From sequence record SRR22947727_1917: a stretch of DNA of 32,118 nt; one strand, 5' to 3'. How positions within the stretch are numbered: position 1 is the stretch's first letter; each line of letters starts with the position of its first letter. Under the pieces are notes generated by a model. It had not been told where the DNA came from. It was given only the letters and a program-made list of their open reading frames with translations, and ran no database searches. Made by a program: the position numbers and the translations under genes. Below, piece by piece: positions 27,677 through 32,118 of this stretch.

Positions 27677-28006
27677 GTGACTGGCCCCGATGATAGAAAT
27701 CCGCTTGAAGCGCTAACGGCGCGTATCGAAGCGGCAAAATCGGAGGCTAAACCAGAGGAAAAGGCAGAAGATCATCACAAAGCTGCGCAACTAGCATGGC
27801 GAATGGTGATTGAGTTGGTGGCCGGTCTTGGGATTGGTTTTGGCATTGGATACGGTTTGGATGTTCTATTTGGAACGATACCCGTGTTCTTAGTTGCCTT
27901 TACGATGTTGGGTTTCATAGCAGGCGTGCGCACTATGTTGCGGTCTGCAAAAGAAATCCAGGAAAAGCAGATGGCCGAATTGGCCAAGGATGAAGAAGAG
28001 GATTGA
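27677..28006 (+). CDS. atpI: ATP synthase protein I (AtpZ/AtpI family)
   Basis: '[23 protein letters not shown]' with two TM helices; GTG start after GGAG; first gene of the F0 operon. Confidence 0.9.
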   Translation: MTGPDDRNPLEALTARIEAAKSEAKPEEKAEDHHKAAQLAWRMVIELVAGLGIGFGIGYGLDVLFGTIPVFLVAFTMLGFIAGVRTMLRSAKEIQEKQMAELAKDEEED

Positions 28007-28008
28007 TC

Positions 28009-28764
28009 GTGGCAAGCGAAGCGCAAAGTGAAGGCTCTGGTCTGGCGTTCCATCCGATGGATCAGTTTATTGTGCAACCATTGTTTGCGGGCAATGAGGT
28101 GCATTGGTACACGATCACAAACGTAACCTTATGGATGGCTTTGACCGTGGTTGCAGTTTTGGCGATTATGGTTTTTGGCACCTCGCATCGCGGAATCATT
28201 CCCAGCCGTAGTCAGTCGATCGGTGAGTTGGTTTACGGATTTATTTACAAGATGGTTGAGGATGTCGCCGGAAAAGACGCGGTTGGATATTTTCCCTATA
28301 TCATGACGCTATTTATGTTTATCCTGTGCGCCAACTTTTTGGGGCTGTTGCCGATGTCCTTTACCACCACATCGCACATCGCGGTGACGGCGGTGATGGC
28401 GATGGCGGTATTTTTGGCGGTAACCATCATTGGGTTTGCCAAAAATGGGGCTTCTTTCTTGTCGCTGTTTTGGATTTCTTCGGCGCCTTTACCACTGCGG
28501 CCGATTTTGGCTTTGATCGAAGTCATTTCTTACTTTGTACGCCCCGTAAGTCATTCAATCAGGCTTGCTGGTAATATGATGGCGGGCCACGCTGTGATTA
28601 AGGTGTTTGCAGCATTTGCAGGCATCGCCGCGATCGCGCCGCTATCTGTCCTTGCAATTTCGACCATTTACGCGCTCGAGGTTTTGGTTTCGTTCATCCA
28701 GGCCTATGTGTTCGCTATTTTGACGTGCGTTTATCTGAAGGACGCACTTCACCCTCATCATTAA
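28009..28764 (+). CDS. atpB: F0F1 ATP synthase subunit a
   Basis: [27 protein letters not shown] and IQAYVF-L-YL; GTG start. Confidence 0.97.
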   Translation: MASEAQSEGSGLAFHPMDQFIVQPLFAGNEVHWYTITNVTLWMALTVVAVLAIMVFGTSHRGIIPSRSQSIGELVYGFIYKMVEDVAGKDAVGYFPYIMTLFMFILCANFLGLLPMSFTTTSHIAVTAVMAMAVFLAVTIIGFAKNGASFLSLFWISSAPLPLRPILALIEVISYFVRPVSHSIRLAGNMMAGHAVIKVFAAFAGIAAIAPLSVLAISTIYALEVLVSFIQAYVFAILTCVYLKDALHPHH

Positions 28765-28804
28765 TCTTTAACAACGAACCAGAATAAACACGAAGGAGAA
28801 AGCC

Positions 28805-29041
28805 ATGGAAGGCGATATCGTACAAATGGGTGCTTACATTGGAGCCGGACTTGCCTGCACAGGCATGGGCGGAGCCGCAATCGGCGTTGGGCATGTAGTC
28901 GGAAACTTTCTGGCGGGCGCTTTGAGAAACCCATCCGCTGCAGCGGCACAAACAGCCACGATGTTTATCGGTATCGCGTTTGCCGAAGCATTGGGTATTT
29001 TCTCATTCCTCGTTGCTTTGCTGTTGATGTTTGCTGTTTAA
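28805..29041 (+). CDS. atpE: F0F1 ATP synthase subunit c
   Basis: Gly-rich first helix ([10 protein letters not shown]), loop RNP and essential Glu in FAEA. Confidence 0.98.
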   Translation: MEGDIVQMGAYIGAGLACTGMGGAAIGVGHVVGNFLAGALRNPSAAAAQTATMFIGIAFAEALGIFSFLVALLLMFAV

Positions 29042-29067
29042 GCACACGACGCAAGAACCTAAGAGCG

Positions 29068-29092
29068 GGATGAACGCAAGGCGCGTTCATCC
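29068..29092 (+). other. Perfect 10-bp intra-operon hairpin after atpE
   Basis: GGATGAACGC-AAGGC-GCGTTCATCC with no U-tract. Confidence 0.75.
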
Positions 29093-29121
29093 TAATGGTT
29101 TCGCGTAGGACGGAGAACGAG

Positions 29122-29661
29122 ATGGCATCATCTACCACCACTGCCGCATCCAAAGCTGCCGAGGCATCCGAGGGCGGTTTGCCCCAATTGGATTTCTCAA
29201 CATTTGGAAACCAGATTTTTTGGCTTCTGGTCACTTTAATTGCCATTTATCTGATTCTATCAAAGCTTGCTTTGCCACGGATCGCGGCCGTATTGGCCGA
29301 ACGCCAAGGAACGATCAGCCACGACGTTGCGATGGCAGAGGAACTGAAAGAAAAAGCAGTCTCAGCCGAAGCCGCCTATAACAAAGCGCTGAATGATGCA
29401 CGCTCTGAAGCAGCGCGGATTGTTGAGGCAACCAAAGCCGAAATCAAAGAAGAGCTTGATGCGGCGATTGCCACGGCCGATGCGCAAATCTCGAAAAAGG
29501 CAAAGGCCGGTGAAGAGGCGATCGCCGAAATTCGCAGCAATGCCCTTGCCAGCGTCAAGGAAGTCGCCGCGGCAACGACCGCCGATTTGGTCGTGGCATT
29601 GGGCGGCAAGAGCGATGCGAAAGCCGTTACTGCTGCTGTGAAGCAAGAGATGAAGGGTTAA
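29122..29661 (+). CDS. F0F1 ATP synthase subunit b'
   Basis: GLPQLDF-TF-NQIFWL, one TM helix, then an Ala/Glu coiled coil. ATG 29122 follows GGAG. Confidence 0.95.
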   Translation: MASSTTTAASKAAEASEGGLPQLDFSTFGNQIFWLLVTLIAIYLILSKLALPRIAAVLAERQGTISHDVAMAEELKEKAVSAEAAYNKALNDARSEAARIVEATKAEIKEELDAAIATADAQISKKAKAGEEAIAEIRSNALASVKEVAAATTADLVVALGGKSDAKAVTAAVKQEMKG

Positions 29662-29665
29662 GAAC

Positions 29666-30223
29666 ATGCGTTATATTACACCTCTTCTCTTTGCGGTTTT
29701 GTCGAGCCCAGCTTGGGCTGCCTCTGGCCCGTTTGTGTCGCTGAAAAATACCAATTTCATCGTTTTATTGGCGTTTATTCTGTTTATTGCGGCGTTGATT
29801 TATCTCAAAGTGCCCGCGATGATCGGGAAATTGCTGGATCAACGCGCCGAAGGCATTCAAGCTGACTTGGATCAAGCGCGTCTTTTGCGCGAAGAAGCCC
29901 AAGGAATTTTGGCCGAATATGAGCGGAAGCAAAAAGAGGTTCAAGAACAGGCTGATCGTATTGTAGAGGCAGCCCGGGCAGAAGCTGCAAGCGCCGCTGA
30001 ACAAGGCAAAGCGGACCTGCAAGCGTCAATTGAACGGCGTCTGGCCGCTGCTGAGGATCGGATCACGTCTGCGCAGGCTGCGGCCGAGCGGGAAGTGCGC
30101 GATCAAGCGGTCAGCGTGGCAATTGCGGCGGCGCGTGGCTTGATTGCCGAGCAGATGAGCGCGGCGCAAGCGAATAAATTGATCGATGGGTCGATTGCGG
30201 AAGTCGGACAAAAGCTTCACTGA
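29666..30223 (+). CDS. atpF: F0F1 ATP synthase subunit b
   Basis: TM helix, LLDQRA-I and coiled coil; last F0 gene. Confidence 0.95.
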   Translation: MRYITPLLFAVLSSPAWAASGPFVSLKNTNFIVLLAFILFIAALIYLKVPAMIGKLLDQRAEGIQADLDQARLLREEAQGILAEYERKQKEVQEQADRIVEAARAEAASAAEQGKADLQASIERRLAAAEDRITSAQAAAEREVRDQAVSVAIAAARGLIAEQMSAAQANKLIDGSIAEVGQKLH

Positions 30224-30247
30224 TTGGTCTTTGAAATTCAAGATATG

Positions 30248-30280
30248 AAAAGCTCGAAGCGCGCCTTCGGGCTTTTTTTT
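30248..30280 (+). terminator. Intrinsic terminator of the F0 operon
   Basis: AAGCTCGAAG-CGCGC-CTTCGGGCTT followed by a T run. Confidence 0.9.
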
Positions 30281-30729
30281 GGTCTTTAACAGCGTTTATG
30301 CGCTGAACAATCGCGCGCTTGTGCAGCGCCAAAACGCTGCCTGCGGGGTCCAATTGACAGGATGCCGGCGGCCCCGGAAGCCATTGGCGCTATGAAGTGT
30401 GCAGCAAGCTGGCCTTGGCTTGATGAAGTCGCCGTCATAGAGTGGCCGTACGCCCCGACATCCCCCGCAAGCGTTTAATGCACCATTCACTGCAGATCAT
30501 TTTGTTCAACCTGTGGATCCCATTTGGGCACCGTTGAGAGGGGGGAGGGAGCGCGTGTTTCTAAACCGGCTGTGGCAGTCGGGTACCCATTTTCAAGCCG
30601 CACCCATAAGCTGACATTATACCGTAACCAAAGTCTTATGCCCAAGCTGCCCGATCTATAAACAGCTCGGATGCCGGCGTCTCAACAGCGGCTAGATCCG
30701 CCGCTGCATGTAGAGTTTTCGTGCTGCGG

Positions 30730-31602
30730 CTATCGTTTTCCGTAATATAATCCAACAACATGTTCCGCCTGAGCAAAGAACAGCCAACGAGAGGTAAAGA
30801 CACCCGCGATATGGGTTGCCACAGCGCCAAGCGCGAGCCAGTGATTGAAGGGCAGTGACAAAAATAAAGTTGGCGTACCAATCATCAAAATAAGTGCGAT
30901 GACGCGTAGCTTTGCAGCATGTTTGCGGCCCACGATATGCACAAACTCTCTCAGCAGATAATTGGTGCCTGTATGCGGTGGTTCAAAGGCTTTGACTGTT
31001 CCCATGGCAGCCAATCCCGTGGCGCTGGCCATGCTGGTGCCAGAGCGGGCCAGAGCTTGATCGCCGTTGCTCCAATACACGATTTGAACGATGCCGGCAG
31101 AAATTAACATTAAAAGCGCCGTATCCACAGATCCAGACAGGATTGCCCCTCCGGTTAGAGCAAGCGTGATAAACAGCAATGGGGTTAGGGCAGTGTTCCA
31201 GCGGGGTACGGTTTTTAATTGCGCATAAATCATCGCTGTTGAAAACACAGTGGCCAAGGATAGGGCCGAACCGATCACGCCCAATACGCCCCAGCGTGTA
31301 TCAAGAAACACCAAACCTGCGCCGTAAATCGCCATCACGAGCAAAGATGCCACTGCCAGCCACGCTTCGCGGCTCAACCAGCTGCTGCGCCATTGCGAAA
31401 AGGCTTTAATTGCCCGTTCGGGGCGCCCCAAATGGAACGTCGAGGAAATCAAACCGCCAATGGCCAGCAGATAAGCGATTGCAAAGAAGACAAAGGCCAC
31501 CACTCCAGAAGTATCGGGCAGGCCAAGCCCTAAAAAGACCAAAAGCCCAAAGCCAAGGCCCGTCAGCGAAGTGAAAATAATAACGGAAGGCGCTGGATGC
31601 AT
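30730..31602 (-). CDS. soeC: DmsC-type membrane anchor of a molybdoenzyme, probably sulfite dehydrogenase SoeC
   Basis: MHPAPSVIIFT, S-FHLG-PERA-AF-QWR-SWLSRE and RWLFFA-AEHVV-LYYG; translationally coupled (TGATG) to the Fe-S subunit. Confidence 0.8.
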   Translation of the reverse strand: MHPAPSVIIFTSLTGLGFGLLVFLGLGLPDTSGVVAFVFFAIAYLLAIGGLISSTFHLGRPERAIKAFSQWRSSWLSREAWLAVASLLVMAIYGAGLVFLDTRWGVLGVIGSALSLATVFSTAMIYAQLKTVPRWNTALTPLLFITLALTGGAILSGSVDTALLMLISAGIVQIVYWSNGDQALARSGTSMASATGLAAMGTVKAFEPPHTGTNYLLREFVHIVGRKHAAKLRVIALILMIGTPTLFLSLPFNHWLALGAVATHIAGVFTSRWLFFAQAEHVVGLYYGKR

Positions 31603-32117
31603 CAGATTTTCTCCAAAGTTTTATCGAGCCAAGCCATAAAGCCCGTGGTCTCTTCGGCCACGGGCTCTAAGAACGGGGCCAAAATATCAATTTCATCCAT
31701 CGTATCTTTTGGCCGCGGTGGCAGATATTTATTCACCGGTTTTGTCCCTTGTTCGGGCATTAAATCCATACCGCCGCGCGCTGCGCTTAGCTGGCTTACA
31801 TGGCTGTCGGGATCGGCGAAATCACCAAAATGGCGGGCGCCTGCAGGGCAGGTGCGCACGCAAGCGGGTTCGCGATCTTCTTCGGGTAGGTTTTCATTAT
31901 AAATCCGATCCACGCAGAGCGTACATTTCTTCATGACGCCGGCAGCCGCATCCAATTCGCGCGCGCCATAGGGGCAGGCCCAGGCGCATAGGCCACAGCC
32001 GATACAATCACTTTCATTCACCAAGACAATGCCGTCTTCAACGCGCTTGTAGCTGGCGCCTGTCGGGCAGACGGTAACGCATGGGGCGTCTTCGCAATGC
32101 AGGCAGGATTTTGGAAA
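31602..32117 (-). CDS. soeB: 4Fe-4S ferredoxin subunit (DmsB type), probably SoeB; 5' end outside the window
   Basis: The frame is open to the window end: CLHCEDAPCVTVCPTGA, CIGCGLCAWACPYGA and KCTLC...PACVRTCP. Confidence 0.85.
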   Translation of the reverse strand, partial: FPKSCLHCEDAPCVTVCPTGASYKRVEDGIVLVNESDCIGCGLCAWACPYGARELDAAAGVMKKCTLCVDRIYNENLPEEDREPACVRTCPAGARHFGDFADPDSHVSQLSAARGGMDLMPEQGTKPVNKYLPPRPKDTMDEIDILAPFLEPVAEETTGFMAWLDKTLEKI

Positions 32118-32118
32118 A

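Noticed and set aside
27677..30223. F0 genes without F1 genes
   Set aside because: Split F0 and F1 operons are normal in alphaproteobacteria.
30296..30490. 64-aa Cys-containing ORF
   Set aside because: No RBS, no recognisable metal-binding spacing, and a composition typical of non-coding translation.

Overview
Chromosomal, mostly housekeeping window from a marine Rhodobacteraceae (roseobacter-group) alphaproteobacterium. The taxon is inferred from gene order and protein signatures. In order: the 3' end of a tRNA (probably Arg); a VanZ-family gene; a TPP riboswitch with thiBPQ; an Ldh_2-family dehydrogenase; then a more AT-rich accessory stretch (about 5.3-11.2 kb) with a small unknown protein, an EamA/DMT transporter, htpG, a sigma54 enhancer-binding protein lacking any N-terminal sensor domain and a minimal MJ0042-type zinc-ribbon protein. 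The core blocks follow: rnhB-ccrM, alkB-mutY, dciA(DUF721)-dsbA-CoA transferase, waaA-like-lpxK, ffh-GNAT-chorismate mutase-rpsP-small protein-rimM-trmD-cysK-like-rplS-rpmE, an ArsR regulator, the F0 operon atpIBE-b'-b, and the end of a soeABC-like molybdoenzyme operon. I found no mobile elements, CRISPR arrays or clear pseudogenes, and I cannot support a whole new multi-gene system. The most promising leads are a structured 5' leader of about 180 nt on rplS-rpmE, a perfect DnaA box overlapping a CtrA-like box upstream of the mini zinc-ribbon gene, GANTC clusters in the ccrM and F0-ATPase promoters, the sensor-less sigma54 activator beside htpG, a degenerate WaaA paralogue and a variant CysK-like enzyme inside the ribosomal operon.
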